Counted from the stretch's first letter, positions 1 through 14,960 are shown. The stretch: 64,000 nucleotides of DNA from Octopus vulgaris (GCA_951406725.2 OX597825.1:70928001-70992000); one strand, 5' to 3'. The notes: generated from the sequence alone by a model not told the origin. Translations and numbers: made by a program.

Positions 1-1254
1 CGTTGCTCCAGTTCACTCAGCTGTAGAAATGAGTTGCGACGTCACTGGTGCCAAGCTGTATCAACCTTTGCCTTTCCCTTGGATAACATCAGTGGCGTGG
101 AGAGACGAGTCTGGTATGCATGGGCGACTGCTGGTCTTCCATAAACAACCTTGCTCGGACTTGGGCCTCGGGGGGTAATTTTCTAAGGTGCAATCCCATG
201 GTCAGTCGTGACCGAAGGAGGTCCTTCTTTCCTAATTATTTACAACAATTGTAGTTTACAGGGAATATTTTTTCAAAACTGACCATAAACAGAGAGAGGA
301 TAATCTTTGGTTTTCAAACGTTATTTTGTTAATATTCAGTCGAATATTTCTATGTAAAGCAATCGAATGGAAGTTCCACGGGTTTTATTATTCTCGTTTT
401 TAACTATTATTAGTATAATTAACAGCAAGGCGAGGCAGAATCGTTACCGCGTCTTTACATTATACTAATAGTGGCGCATCGCCGAAAACTGTGTCTTGGG
501 ATCCCTAATACACAAAATCTGTTGACCCCCGTCCATGTTAACTATACTCCCGAGAACGATTCAATGTGGTTGCTAGCCAGGGAGACATAATCCTTTCTAC
601 TGTAGACACAAGGCCTGAAATTTTGTGGGGCAGGAGCTGTCGATTACATCAACCCCAGTGTACAACTGGTACTTAAGTTCATCGACCCCCCGAAAGGAAT
701 GTAAGTCAAAGTCGATCTCAGCGGAATCTGAACGCAGAACCCAAAAGAGGTAGAAGAAATGCCGATAAGCATTTTGCCCGACGTCCTAACGATTCTACCA
801 GCTCGACGCCTTATTCCTGCTAGGAACAATAATAACAAGCAAATCTCTTTCGAATTACTCCGAATGCTTTTAAAAGAACAATGGAAACTGTGGTACCACA
901 TTCTATACTACGGGGGAGAAACAATTAGATGATCGTTACTGGAACGCCTTTGGTTGTGGGTCTGTTCGACCAGGGTTGACCTGGGGGGCAAATCCACAGC
1001 AGTCGGAGTTCGACAGGGTGAAAGTGAAAACGATTTGGGATTTTTTTTTCTCTGTCAGGATATGAAGACTGTGTGTGAGAGGCGTTAACCGTTTTAACCA
1101 ATCGCTGTCTGTTGTGCGTGTGTGTGTGTCTGTGTGTGTGCGTGTAAGCAATTACACTGAACTGTGTATACATGTAATCAAATGGTACTCTGTGTTAATT
1201 GTAGTTTGTCAATAAGTTAACTGACACAACGAGTAAATATAATTAGTTTAGGCG

Positions 1255-1259
1255 TGTAT

Positions 1260-1305
<46 letters not shown>

Positions 1306-1338
1306 GTGTCTATATATATATATATATGCGCGTGTGTC

Positions 1339-1380
<42 letters not shown>

Positions 1381-1502
1381 TGTGTCTATGTATATATATA
1401 TATATATATATATATGCGTGTGTCTATGTATATATATATATATATTATATATGCGTGTGTCTATGTGTATATATATATATATATATTATATATGCGTGTG
1501 TC

Positions 1503-1579
<77 letters not shown>

Positions 1580-1611
1580 TGAGAAAAAAGTTGTATACCA
1601 TACCTAACACA

Positions 1612-1676
<65 letters not shown>
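1255..1676. repeat. Compound (AT)n minisatellite with TGCGTGTGTCTATG spacers, then (CT)n(AT)n
   Basis: Direct inspection. Confidence 0.95.
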
Positions 1677-1678
<2 letters not shown>

Positions 1679-1761
1679 TCCCGGGTTGATTCGGGGTTAA
1701 CCACAGTAAGTAAGGTACTCAATACATAGCAGAGTAAAATTAATTTATTATATAGAAGGAG

Positions 1762-1808
1762 CTTCTACAGGACTAGTACTGTTTCATTCAAGAGAAATCT
1801 TCAGGAAA
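1762..1808 (-). ncRNA. Type I hammerhead ribozyme motif in a Penelope-like pLTR fragment
   Basis: TTTC-CTGAAGA-TTTC(TCTT)GAAT-GAA-ACAG(N8)CTGT-A-GAAG; GUA cleavage triplet. Confidence 0.6.
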
Positions 1809-1924
1809 TATATATATATATATATATATACATACATATATGTATACATACACATGTCTGTGAACGTGTAGATATATACATATTATGCGTGTGTATCTGT
1901 GTATATATATGTTATATATATATG

Positions 1925-1976
<52 letters not shown>

Positions 1977-3575
1977 TGAGTGAGTGTGAGAATTATATTC
2001 CAACAGATGAAAAAAATGAATACATAGAAATACTTTGAAAACTACATAAATTAGTGAGGTAAGATAAAGACAAAACTGGTTACACACAGACACACAGACA
2101 AGACATCTAAGAAGACAGAGAGTGGGGGGGGAACGAACAGTAAACGACATATTTAGTATTCATAAGGAGATATATATTGAGACAACTTTTAGGTATATAT
2201 AGAAATGAAGATACGGATGTATAACTGACATTTATACGAGGAAGGTTTAGAGATGCGGTTGCCTGAATATAAACATATATAGTACAAGGCGTAGAGAAAG
2301 ACAGACAATGATAAAGAGATGAAGAACAGACATGTGACAGGAAGACAGAGGGGGACTGTCAGCTGTCTTGTCTGTGATTGTCAGACAAAGAGGCTGATAT
2401 GAAAATAGGGATAGACAGATAGGCATGTACAGTGAAACAAAGCGAGAGAGAGAGAGATAAAAAGGGTAGGAAGAAAGATGGAGATGACGGATGTACATAG
2501 AGAGAGAGAGAGAGAGAGAAGATAAAGAGTGATGTGAGGAGGTGGGGGGGGGGTCGTAATGGTTTAATCAGAAGGGGATGAGCAGTCTAGGATGACCTGA
2601 AAAGGGTCATCCTAAACTGGTGGTGGTGGTGCATGCGGTGGGAAGGAATGAACGGGGGAAGTAACCTCTAGTCAGAGATCCGGCGCGAATGCCAAGCAAA
2701 CTCGAAATGTGTTCCTCGAAAGTGTACACACACACACACTCACACACACACACACACACACTCACACACACACACACATCCTTTGCCTGCTACTAAAGTC
2801 CAAGTGTTAAAATAAAATATGTACAAAAAGAGAGAGAAAAACTCATGTTCAAATAAATTATTTCGAATACATGAGACCATTTCAAGTAGGGAATGACGAC
2901 GATGACGATGATGAAGAAGGCGGTGATGGTGGTAGTGTGGTGGCAGTGATGATGATGATGATCATCATCATCATCATCATTATCAGCAACGATGATGAAA
3001 TGGAAATAATTGGAGAGGAATAATTAAAGGGACGAAGAAGTGAAGAGCAGAAATAAAATAAAAGTGAAGATGACATAGATAGTGTGACAAAAAAAGAAAT
3101 GAAGACAAAAAAAACCCGCACGTCCGTCTTCAGCATAATACTCTCAACTCAGAGAGAAGAATGATGATGACGGGGTGGATAGAAATAAGGAGAGATGGAG
3201 TGAAGAAAAAGGAAACATCAATGATGATGATGTTGATCATAGAACAGATTTCATAGTTCGATACAAAACGTATATATATATATATATATATATAAAATTT
3301 AATAAAGGTAGAAATTGATATTAAAAAAATCCGAAGATTAAAATAGTTTTACATACAAAATTTAAAGGACTGAGCACTAAAAGTGGACGGTCAACATGCT
3401 AGATATAGTTGTCAAATCGCTATTTTCCGCAAAGAATATGTTCTCAAATAAATATATATATATATGTATATATATGACCAAAAACACAATTTTCAACATA
3501 CTTTCATTTCCAACGCTTATACATGATAGCAATATATTGATTTCTATACATACACACACAACACAAACATGTATG

Positions 3576-3606
<31 letters not shown>

Positions 3607-4874
3607 CCATTATCAGAACACCTGAGCCGCTGCTGCTGATAAACGGATATACATGGTGTATGTAATGTTACACTGATACAAATACACCAAATTCACTGAT
3701 GTAGGTTGTATCCCAAAATGAATTTTCAAATGTAACTAATTAAATGGAAATATATGTATATTGTAATCTAACATAGCCGCACTCATACACATCATACGTG
3801 CCTTTGTTATTCCTGTGTGTATGGTGAAATATATCAGATGATGAATTGGCAATATATGTATCCAGCTTTTTGTGTGTATATAAACTGGGGAAATATATAT
3901 GATGCTAGTGGTGGTGGTGTGTCACGGAAAATTGTGTTCTTGTAAGTGGTAAAAAAGAATATTAAAATTCTCATAAAACATATGTGTTTAATACCAAAGT
4001 GTGCTGCAACGAATAAAATCTTAATGGAACATATATGTTAATGAATTATTTTTGTAAGTTGTGTGTGTGTGTGTAATAGGCTACACAAATATTAGTCTGA
4101 ATGGAACATACATATACATAACTATATATGCATGTATATATATATATACATATATATAGGCTATGTATGTATATGTAGAAATTCTGTGATTTGTTTGTTT
4201 TAGCCATTGCTGCCAAGGCCACGCTGGAGTATATGTGTAAGTGTGTAGTGTTCTGAGGTGTGTGTTTGCTATAACGAATATTAATCTTTTAACATACATG
4301 CATATATGTTATGTATATATGTCCATGTGTCCATGTACTAGCAAACATAACACATATTTATGTGTGTGAGGGGGGTGCGCGTGTAAAGCCTGTGTCTATG
4401 TGTGTGTATATATTTATACAATATCGAAATGTGTGTTATAAAACAAATTCTACCAAAATTATAATTTTGAAGACATCCATTTATACGCATATATGTTTAT
4501 GCGTGTTTAATGGACACAAAGAATTTATTACAAATGATTTGGTCATCATGATTATTATGATTATTATTATTGTCGTTGTTGTTATTATTAGTGTTGTTGT
4601 TGTTGCTGTTAAAGAGACAAGATTTGGAAAGACAAGAGAGAAAGACAAAAGCAAGACATTTCTTACACCTCCTCAGCAACACAAACACAACTTTGGCTGT
4701 AATCAGCTTTATCAGACAATATAAAAGAAGAATATGTTATACACTCTTGAGTGCTTGCAATTAATGGGAAATATTTTTTGTTTTTCTCTTTTATATACAT
4801 ATATAATTGTGATCATTAGCAGACAATACATACATACTCAAATATACATACAAACATGCAGACATTACATAGAT

Positions 4875-5931
4875 CTACATACATACATACACACACATAC
4901 ATACATACATACATACATACACACATACACACATACATACATTCATACATACACACATACATACATACATACATACACACATACATACACACATACATTC
5001 ATACATACACACATACATACATACATACACACATACATACACACATACATACATTCATACATACACACATACATACAATGTTTGAGTGGGTTTCAGTCAC
5101 CGGACTGCGGCCATACTGGAGCACCGCCTTATACATACCACCTTTTACATAATACATATATATACACACACATACGTACGAGCAAAATTTGAAACCTATT
5201 TGCGACACACCTCAGATCGTGATTATTAATAACAACAACAACAACAATAATAATAATAACGCTAGTGTTAACCAATAATAATAATAAAAATAATAATTTT
5301 TTATTTGTCACGGGCACAAATGAGGAAGACATCACAGAACAGTCTATGAATGGCTTCAAATCTTTGGCACAAGACCACCGATTTTAGAAGAAAGGGTAAG
5401 TCGATTACATCGATTCCAGCACTTGATTGAAGAATTCGTTCCTTCAACATGAAGATTAAACAAAGCGAAAGAATGGATAATTGAAGAAATCTTAAAACAC
5501 AATTACAAGACTTAGAAACGTATTAAAGTCTATAGATTGATTACATACGGAGTCTGTTGTGTATGTATGTTTATATATATAAAACACATACATATATGTG
5601 TATGCACATATAAAAAAATAATATATACATACAGACACACACACACACCGTTAAATAAGATACATAAACGGATACATACATACGTACGTACGTACATACA
5701 TACATATATACGTACGTACATACATACATATATACGTACGTACATACATACATATATATACGTACGTACTACATACATATATATACATACATGCGTACAT
5801 AAATACATACATATATACCTACCTACGTACGTACATACATATATACGTACGTACATACATACATACGTACGTACGTACATACATACATACATATATACGT
5901 ACGTACGTACATACATACATACATACATACA

Positions 5932-5965
<34 letters not shown>

Positions 5966-6075
5966 CGTACGTACATACATACATACATACATACATATAT
6001 ACGTACGTACATAAATACATACATATATACCTACCTACCTACATACATACATACATACATACACACACACATACA
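4875..6075. repeat. (ACAT)n and (ACGT)n microsatellite tracts at 4875-5075 and 5670-6075
   Basis: Direct inspection. Confidence 0.9.
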
Positions 6076-7479
6076 TAGACTGATAGATAAAAAGACAGAC
6101 ATAAAATGACAAATACGTTTAGTCACTGGACTGCGGCCATGCTGGGGCATCGCCTTATACATACTCACACAGACATACACACACACACACATAAACACAC
6201 AAACATATATACACACGCAGATTTTGTGTTTTCCAGGAAGTGGACATAAATTGGGTTACAGTTTATCTAGAGTGGATCGTTACAGACGAGTCCCTCAGTT
6301 TCTGGCCAGCTTGTCGTCGTGCCACACAGACACCAAAACCAAGGTAGAATTTTGGATTTTTGGACAGGAGAGAGATGAAAGAAGCAAACGAAGGAGGAGA
6401 CGATGATGGAGAAATCTTGGAATAATTATTCCCATTTTGGAAGCCTCTGTTTTGTCTCTCTTCCTCTTCATATTCCTGCATTTCGGTTCTTCTTCATAAT
6501 TATCCTTATCAGTGATGATGTTAGCAATAAGCAATGATATTACGAATGGAAAAACATAGAAACAAGAAGTTTTCTTTCTTACCTCGTCGTTCTATGGCGA
6601 ATTATTACAGTGTCTTGTAGAAGAATATTAAGTGGAGTCATCTGGATAACTCCTAGCTCCATGACGATCACCGATCTTCATTTACATATATAAATATATT
6701 TATATATACATAAATGAGTGTGTGTATATATGCGCTAATATATGTATGAATGAATGGTATATGAGTGTATATATGGATATATATGTGAGTGCTTGTGTGG
6801 TGTGTATTTGTGTAATATTGTTTTTATATATTGATATATATGTGTATATACATATATATGTAAATGAGTGTGTATATATATATATGGATATATGTGTGAT
6901 TGCTTGTGTGGCGTGTATTTGTGTAATATTGTTATATATTGATATATATGTGTATATATATCATGTAAATGAGTGTGTGTGTGTGTATATATGTGTTAAT
7001 ATATGTTATGAATGAATATCATATGAGTGAGTGTATGTATGGATATATAATATATATGATATATATGATATATACAAGCAGTGTGTAGATTTTATAGCTG
7101 TATATTTATATATCTATACATATATAAGTATAACAAGGTGGTGGAAGATCAGCAAAGAAACGTCGAAGATATATTTTTCCCTCTGTTTCTCTCTCACTTT
7201 CTTTTAAAAAAATCTCCAATAAATAATTTTTTTTTTAAAAGAGACAGTAGTCAAGCCTCATGTATGTTTAGTTGTAAAACGTTTCCTGGTAATTTTGTGG
7301 TGTGTATATACATATATACATACATATAGCACGGTTAACATAGAGAAGAAGCTGAGGAAAAGACTGTGACGGCTGCCATGGCCGTTTTTTGTTGTTTTTG
7401 TTTTTTTCTTTTAGTAGGAAGTTCAAGTAGAACTCGTCACTCACACTTTCACTCACACTCACTCTCTCATATGTATATA

Positions 7480-7756
7480 CTTTACTCTCTTATATCTTTC
7501 CATCGTCTTCTTCACTACATCTCCATTCTCCCTGCTTCTTTTTTCTTTCATTTCTCTCTTTCTGTCTCTCTCTCTCTCTATCTTTCTCTTTTACTCTCTC
7601 TTCCACTTTTTCTCTCTCCCTCTATTTCTCTCTCTGCTTTTCTTTCTCTCCGGTTTTCTTTTCTTCAGTTTAATTCTCTCTTTATGTCGCTTTTATTTAC
7701 TGTCTTCTATCTCTTTATTTACCCTGTCTCTTTACGTCTCTCCTAGTGACCCTCAA

Positions 7757-7787
<31 letters not shown>

Positions 7788-8079
7788 TTCTATCTTTCTA
7801 TCTTTGTCACTTTTATTTTTCTCTTTCTTTTTCTGTCATTCTTATTTACACTTTCTCTTTTACTGTCTCCCCCTTCTCTTTCATTAACCCTCTCATTTTC
7901 TTTCTCTTATTTACTCTTACTTTTTATATCATTTTTATTTACTCTTTCTGTCTTCTTATTTCCTCTGTTTTTCTCTCTCTTTCTCTTATTTACTCTTTCT
8001 CTCTTCTAGCTCTTTTATTTACTTTCTCTTTTTGTTTACTCTTTCTCTGTCTGTCTCTTTTTTTCCTGTCAGTGGTCTC

Positions 8080-8149
<70 letters not shown>

Positions 8150-9559
8150 ATTCACACACACTCTAATGTCGCCTAATCTCCCCCTGTCTATCTCTCACAC
8201 ACTTTCTAATGTCATCTAATCCCCCTCTCTATCTCTCACTTGCTCTCTCGATCTCTATCTCAAGTTAGTCACCTACTCTTTCATCTTCTCTCACCAGGCA
8301 GTCTCTTAATATCTCACTCTTTCTCTCTCTCTTCCCCCTCTCTCTCTCCCTCTCTCCCCCCCTCTCTCTCTCCATCATTTGCGGTCTCCGAATCTCTCCC
8401 TATCTCTCTTTATTTATCTCAATCTATCTAGCCGTCTACCTTTCTTTCAACTTCTCACTCCAAGCAATCTCTTAATGTTTCGCTCTTTCTTTCTTTCCTT
8501 CTCTCGCTCTCTCTCTCCCTTTCTTTAAACATCTCCATTTCTTTCTCTCTCACGTTCTTCAGTCAATCACGTAATCTCTTACACTCTCTCCTTCTCTATA
8601 TATATATTTCTCTGTCTTTCTCTAACCGGCCTCCTAATCCCTCTCCGTCTCCTTCACTAAATTGTTATATCTATCTATCTATCGCTTCATTCAATCACTT
8701 ATACTTTTGCTTTCTCTCTCCCCACTCTGTGTTTCTCTCTTTCTCCCTCTCTCTCTTTGTTTCTTTCTCACATTCTTCATTTCTCATTCCTAATTCTATT
8801 CTTCTCTCTTTCTCTCTCTAATTAACAACCTTACTCTCTCACCATTCTACGTTGTTTCCTAATCCACTCTATTTCTCTACCTATCTACCTCTTTCTCTCT
8901 TTTCGTTTTAATCTCCTAATCTCTCCTCTCTATCTCTTTATCTCTCTATCTATCTCTAGTCAATCCTATAATCTCTCACATTCTTTCTCTTTCTCTCTCT
9001 CTCTCTCTCTCTCCCACATAAATACCCACATGAGGAGACCACTCTCTCTCTCTCTCTCTAAAACGTTCTATTTATCTAGCTTCCTTTTCTTTCCTCTCTT
9101 TCTCCACCTCTTCCTCTTTCTTTAATTCGTCATCTAACCCGTCCCTCTCTTTCTCTTTCTCTCTTTTTATTTTTCTCTCTGTCCTATTAATATTTCTGTC
9201 GTAAAAATATTTCTATTTCCTATTTATTCATTCTCATAATCTTTCTCCCGCTTTATTTCTCTACCGCTTTCTCTCTCTCTCGGTTCATCCCATCATTTGT
9301 CTCGCCCTCTCTCTCTCTCTCCCTCTCTTTCTTTCTTTCTCTCTCTTTCTTTCTCTCTATTTCTTTCTCTATCTCTCTTTCACTCTTTCTCCCTCTCTCT
9401 TTCATTCTTTCTCCCTTTCTCTCTCCCTCTCTTTCTCTCTCCCTCTCTTTCTCTCTCTCTCCCCTCTCAATATCAACTCACTCCTCTTCCGTCCGTGTTT
9501 TTCTTACTCACTCTTTGTTTTCTTTCTCTTACTCTCAAGCACACACTTTAAATTTCCCT

Positions 9560-9617
<58 letters not shown>

Positions 9618-9950
9618 TATCTCTCTCGCCGTGCCTTTTTACTCGTATATTTTCTCTTTCTCGTTGTCCCTTTTTTTACTCTCTAATTCTCTTGCCCTTT
9701 TGTTTCTCTTCTTCTTTCTCTCTCGCTGTATATCGTTTTTGCTCAATCAGTCTTTCACTTTTCACTCACTCTTAACATATTTCTCTTTCTCTCCGTTTCC
9801 TCTCTTTTTCAATCTGTCTTCCTTTTCACTCTCTCTTTCTCTCTCGCCCTCTCTTTCTCTTTCACTCAATTTCTCTCTCTTTCTCTCACTCTCCCACTCT
9901 TTCTCTTACGCACGCTCTTTCTCTCTCTCTCTCTCTCTTTCTCTCTCTAA
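7480..9950. repeat. Degenerate CT-rich low-complexity tract
   Basis: Direct inspection. Confidence 0.9.
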
Positions 9951-11169
9951 AACTTTATATAATTATCTATATCCGCCACTTATCCCCCTCTCCGTCTCTT
10001 CCTGCTACTGCTACTACTACTATTACTACTACTACTACTAGTCATCTTGTGTAATTTCTTCTCTCACTCCTTGTATGACCCTTGTCCCATCCTTGATGTC
10101 TGTCTTCCTCTGCTTACACCAGTCTTATATTTATCTTTACCATCATCTATCACCACTCCTGACGGTCGCTGGCCCTACTAGAAACAGCAGCCAAATCACC
10201 TTCAATCCACACACACCTCTGCCCTCTCGTAAAAACACCACTTTGGATGATAGTTGTCTGGGATACACTATTGCTGTAGAAAATGCGGTGTGGTCGTGAC
10301 TGGATTGGCTTTTGATTATAGGTTTATGTGCACCTCTCGTGGTTTGTAGTGTGGTGTGGTTGGCCTGGGGCTATACAATAACCACCCATCTCGTATCGAA
10401 AGATGCTCAACGCGGTCGACCTACGAGAATCAGAAACAAAAAGAAATGGAAAGATAGATTAGCTAATGAAGTCTTCTGTCTGAAAACAAAAAAAAAAAGA
10501 AAGAAGAGATGGAATAACTACGGCTGGAATGACATTCATTAATCATTGGTCTGTTTGATCAAAATTGACCTGGTGTTAAATAACTATAATAACAATCATC
10601 ACAAATATTCGCCTTTCATGTAGTTTGCTGCTACCATTCCCCATTCACGTCTTCCTTTCGCCTCCTACTACATCATCATCATCAACATCATCAACCGCAG
10701 CGCCTTGTTTCTCTCAGCATCCACTTCCCCCTCTTTCTCCGTCATCATCACCATCGCCATCACCTTTTCTGTTCTTTCCTTCTTTCTACCTTCCCCAATC
10801 CCTCCATCATCATTATCACCATAATCATCCATCCATCATCACTAGCATCACCGCACCTCCTTTAGTTCCTTCTGCCTCCTCGCTTCTTCCCTCTTCTCCA
10901 TCATCATCATCATCATCATCATCACTGTCAGCTTTTTACTTCCCCTCTACCTCCCCCTCCTCCTCCTGTCTATTACTATTACCACCCGGAGCTCCCCTAC
11001 ACTATTCAAAAACTGTCACATTTTTTTCTCCACCTTCAAGAATTTTTACCATTATATTTATGCCAGATTATTATTTATGCCCATCTTGACTTATTTTATT
11101 TCTTTGTATTCTTATTTTTTATGTTTGTTTTCTATTCTTCTGTTCATCTGCTTAATAATCTTGCTATTT

Positions 11170-11190
11170 ATCCGTCTATCTCTTTCTCTG

Positions 11191-11221
<31 letters not shown>

Positions 11222-12006
11222 GTCAGTCTGTCTTTCTATCTACCTGTCTGTCTGTCTTTCTATCTACCTGTCTGTCTTTCTATCTATCTATCTGTCTGTC
11301 TTTCTATCTGTCTGTCTATCTTTCTGTCTGTCTATCTATCTGTCTGTCTTTCTATCTATCTGTCTTTCTATCTATCTGTCTGTCTTTCTATCTGTCTGTC
11401 TTTCTGTCTGTCTGTCTATCTATCTGTCTGTCTATCTATCTGCCTTTCTATCTATCTGTCTATCTGCCACTTATCTTCGTCTGTCTTGCAATGCCTGAGT
11501 ATCTATCTATATCTGTCTTACCTAGCTCAATGTTTTTCTATCGTTTTTGCCTATTTTTCTGCCTCTCAGTTCTCTCACTTTCTGTCTTTTTCTTTATATA
11601 CATATGTATATATCTACACACACACACATACACATACATATACGTGTGTTTGTGTGTGTGTGTACACCTGTCTAGTTGTCTGTCGAATTAGTCGTCTGTT
11701 TAGCTAGCTGTCTGTCTATCTACTTCAACATTTCTCTCTACCAATTTATCTGTGACTCTTAAAACACACACACACACACACACACATACACACATCCATA
11801 GGCAAACGTACATTTGTATCGGTCTTTTCTTCCCAACGGCATTACATTTATTCCACGTTACAAATCTGTATTACTTTTTGCCGAGACAGACAGACCATCA
11901 CTAGTTTCTTCAATTTCTATCCAGTAGTCTCATAACACATTTCCATCGGTTTGTTTGTAGTATACATATCTATCTATTTATCGGTCTATCTCTCTATCTC
12001 TATCTG

Positions 12007-12041
<35 letters not shown>

Positions 12042-12048
12042 CTATCTG

Positions 12049-12087
<39 letters not shown>

Positions 12088-12100
12088 GTCTATCTATCTG

Positions 12101-12139
<39 letters not shown>

Positions 12140-12228
12140 GTCTATATATCTGTCTATCTATCTGTCTATCTATCTGTCTGTCTATCTATCTGTCTATCTA
12201 TCTATCTGTCTATCTATCTATCTATCTG

Positions 12229-12266
<38 letters not shown>

Positions 12267-12733
12267 CATCCATCTATATATCTGTTTCTATCTATCTACA
12301 TATTTATCTATCTATTTGTTTGTCTATCTTTCTCTATCTGTTGGTCTATCTTTATCTTTCTATCTATTTGTCTGTCTATCTCTCTCACTATTTATCTATA
12401 TGTCTGTATCTATCAATTTAACAATCTTTTGTTTCTTTTCTTCTTTCTTTTTACCCTTGCGTCCCCTCCCTCACTTGCCTCTCTTACATACATAAATTTA
12501 TCTTTACATTCAGGCATACATATACATATACACATGACTAGATGCATACGTACATACATACATACATACATATCGGATATGAAAATATATATTTGTTAGA
12601 TGTGTACTTACACACTCACACACATACATACACATACACACGGGAGCAGACGCACGCTGAGATACATACACACACACAGACTAACACGCATAAGCACATA
12701 TATATATTTTCATTTATTTTTACACACACACAC

Positions 12734-12785
<52 letters not shown>

Positions 12786-12810
12786 GTAGGTAGGTAGGTA
12801 GGTAGGTAGG

Positions 12811-12849
<39 letters not shown>

Positions 12850-12874
12850 GTAGGTAGGTAGGTAGGTAGGTAGG

Positions 12875-12955
<81 letters not shown>
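11170..12955. repeat. (TCTA/TCTG)n tracts (11170-12400) and a (GATA/GGTA)n tract (12735-12955)
   Basis: Direct inspection. Confidence 0.95.
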
Positions 12956-12956
<1 letters not shown>

Positions 12957-13646
12957 CACAATTCATTCCTGCATTAACAATGTAAACATATATACATACA
13001 TGCATGCTAACATACAGACACACACACACGCACATACATACATCTTAACATACTTACATACAGACACACTCACACACACATACATGCAAGCATGCACTAT
13101 ATTCATGCAATACATACATATATACGTAGATCCATTCATATATATGTATACATTCGCTGGAGGGAATAGATAGTGACGAAAACTCAGAGATAAAAGGTTG
13201 CGTCTGTAGAAATATTGATATATAAAGATATATTCTTTCACTCAGACCAATATTCTTATCTCTCTATCTCTAACACACACACGTGCATATACACACGCGT
13301 ATGCACACGCAAGCGTATTTACACACTTAAATGACGCACTTGTAAATGTATGCATGTGTGTTGGAGTGCTTCTATAGAATTTATATATGTAAAACGTGTG
13401 TGCGGGCGCGTAGTTGTGTGTGTGTATGTGTGTGGAATAATATACGTATTTGTAAATGTGTGCAATAACTTAAACATTTGCAATCGTTACAATAGAAAAA
13501 TCAACTATTCAAAAGAACTTGTTTCTTGCGGAATATAACATGTAAGGATTCACAAAGTATATTCCTATCAGTTTGTTTCGGCCTCTTCATAACAATACTA
13601 TATGTTTATGAGAGAGAGAGGGGCGCTGATAGACACAGCAACAGTA

Positions 13647-13702
13647 CATCGTTAACTTGAAGTTTCATGTACAGTTTACGTTTAAACAATCATCAGACGA
13701 TG
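13647..13702 (-). ncRNA. Type I hammerhead ribozyme-like motif
   Basis: CATCGT-CTGATGA-stem II-GAAA-CTTCAAGTTA-ACGATG; 6-bp stem I, near-palindromic stem III, one extra nucleotide at the cleavage site. Confidence 0.55.
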
Positions 13703-14357
13703 AACTATCCCCGTTTCTAGGAAATCCATGACATAGGCGCAGGCGTACATGTCTGGTTGTGAAGCTTGCTACCCAGTCATGCGATCTTGGGTTCAGTCCT
13801 ATTGCATGGCACCCTGGGCAAGTATCTTCTACTATAGCCCTAGACAACCGGAACCTTCTAAGTAGATTTTGTAGACGGAAACTGAAAGAAGCCCATCGTG
13901 TGTGATTGTATTTGTTCCGCGCCATCGTTTGACAGCCGGTGTTGGCTTTTTACGTCCATGTACCTTAGCGGTTCAGCAAAAAGAACCAATAGGGTAATTA
14001 CCAGATGTTATAAAGAAAACAATAAGTACCCAGGTCGATTTGTTCGACTAAAAGCCTTCAAAGCAGGGCACCAGGTTAGCCACAACCTAATGACTGAAAA
14101 AAGTAAAACGAAAACGTAAACGCTATTTATGGGCGGTTATAAGGTAGTGTTACTGGAGCTTTGTGCTTTAAGTTCAAATCCCATCAAGGCCAGCTCTGCC
14201 TTTCAGTCTTTCAGGGTCGAGAAATAAAAAGTACCAATTCAGGAAAGCAAACTGGCAGAAACATAAAAACGTCCAATCCGATGACTGGCGGTATTTGTTC
14301 CTGTTCTTTGCGTTGTGGTTTCAAATCTCACTGTGGCTAATGCAATCTGTGACCGGA

Positions 14358-14960
14358 AGGCGGCGAGCTGGCAGAAACGTTAGCACGCCGGGCGAAGTGC
14401 TTTGCGGTATTTCGTCCGCTGCTGCGTTCTGAGTTCAAATTCCGCCGAGGTCGACTTTGCCTTTCATCCTTTCGGGGTCGATTAAATCAGTACCAGTTAC
14501 GCACTGGGGTCGATATAATCGACTTAATCTGTTTGTCTATCCTTGTTTGTCCACTCTATGTTTAGCCCTTGTGGGCAATAAAGAAATGGGTATTTTGTCT
14601 GCCGTTACGTTCTGAATTCAAATTTCGCCGAGGACGACTTTGCGTTTCATCTTTTCGGGGTAGATAAATTAAGTACCAGTTACGCACTGGGGTCTATGTA
14701 ATCGGCTTAATCCCTTTGTCTGTCCCCTCTATGTTTAGCTCCTTGTGGGCAATAAAAAATAAGAAACGTTAGCACACAGGTCGAAGTGCTTAGCGGTATT
14801 TCGTCTGTCTCTTACGCTCTGAGTTCAAATTCCACCGAGGTCGACTTTGCCAGTCATCCTTTCGGGGTCGATAAATTAAGTACCAGATGTGTACTGGGGT
14901 CGATCTAATCGACTGGCCCCCACCCCAAAACTTTTGGGCCTTGTGCCTAGAGTAGAAAAG
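14358..14960 (+). mobile_element. Trimeric Meta-domain-like SINE
   Basis: Three ~190-bp units containing GCCTTTCATCCTTTCGGGGTCGATAAATTAAGTACCAG; 14-bp TSD AATCTGTRACCGGA. Confidence 0.8.

Noticed and set aside
1254-13241. Many long ORFs ([16 protein letters not shown] repeats)
   Set aside because: Translations of microsatellites that lack stop codons; no coding signal.
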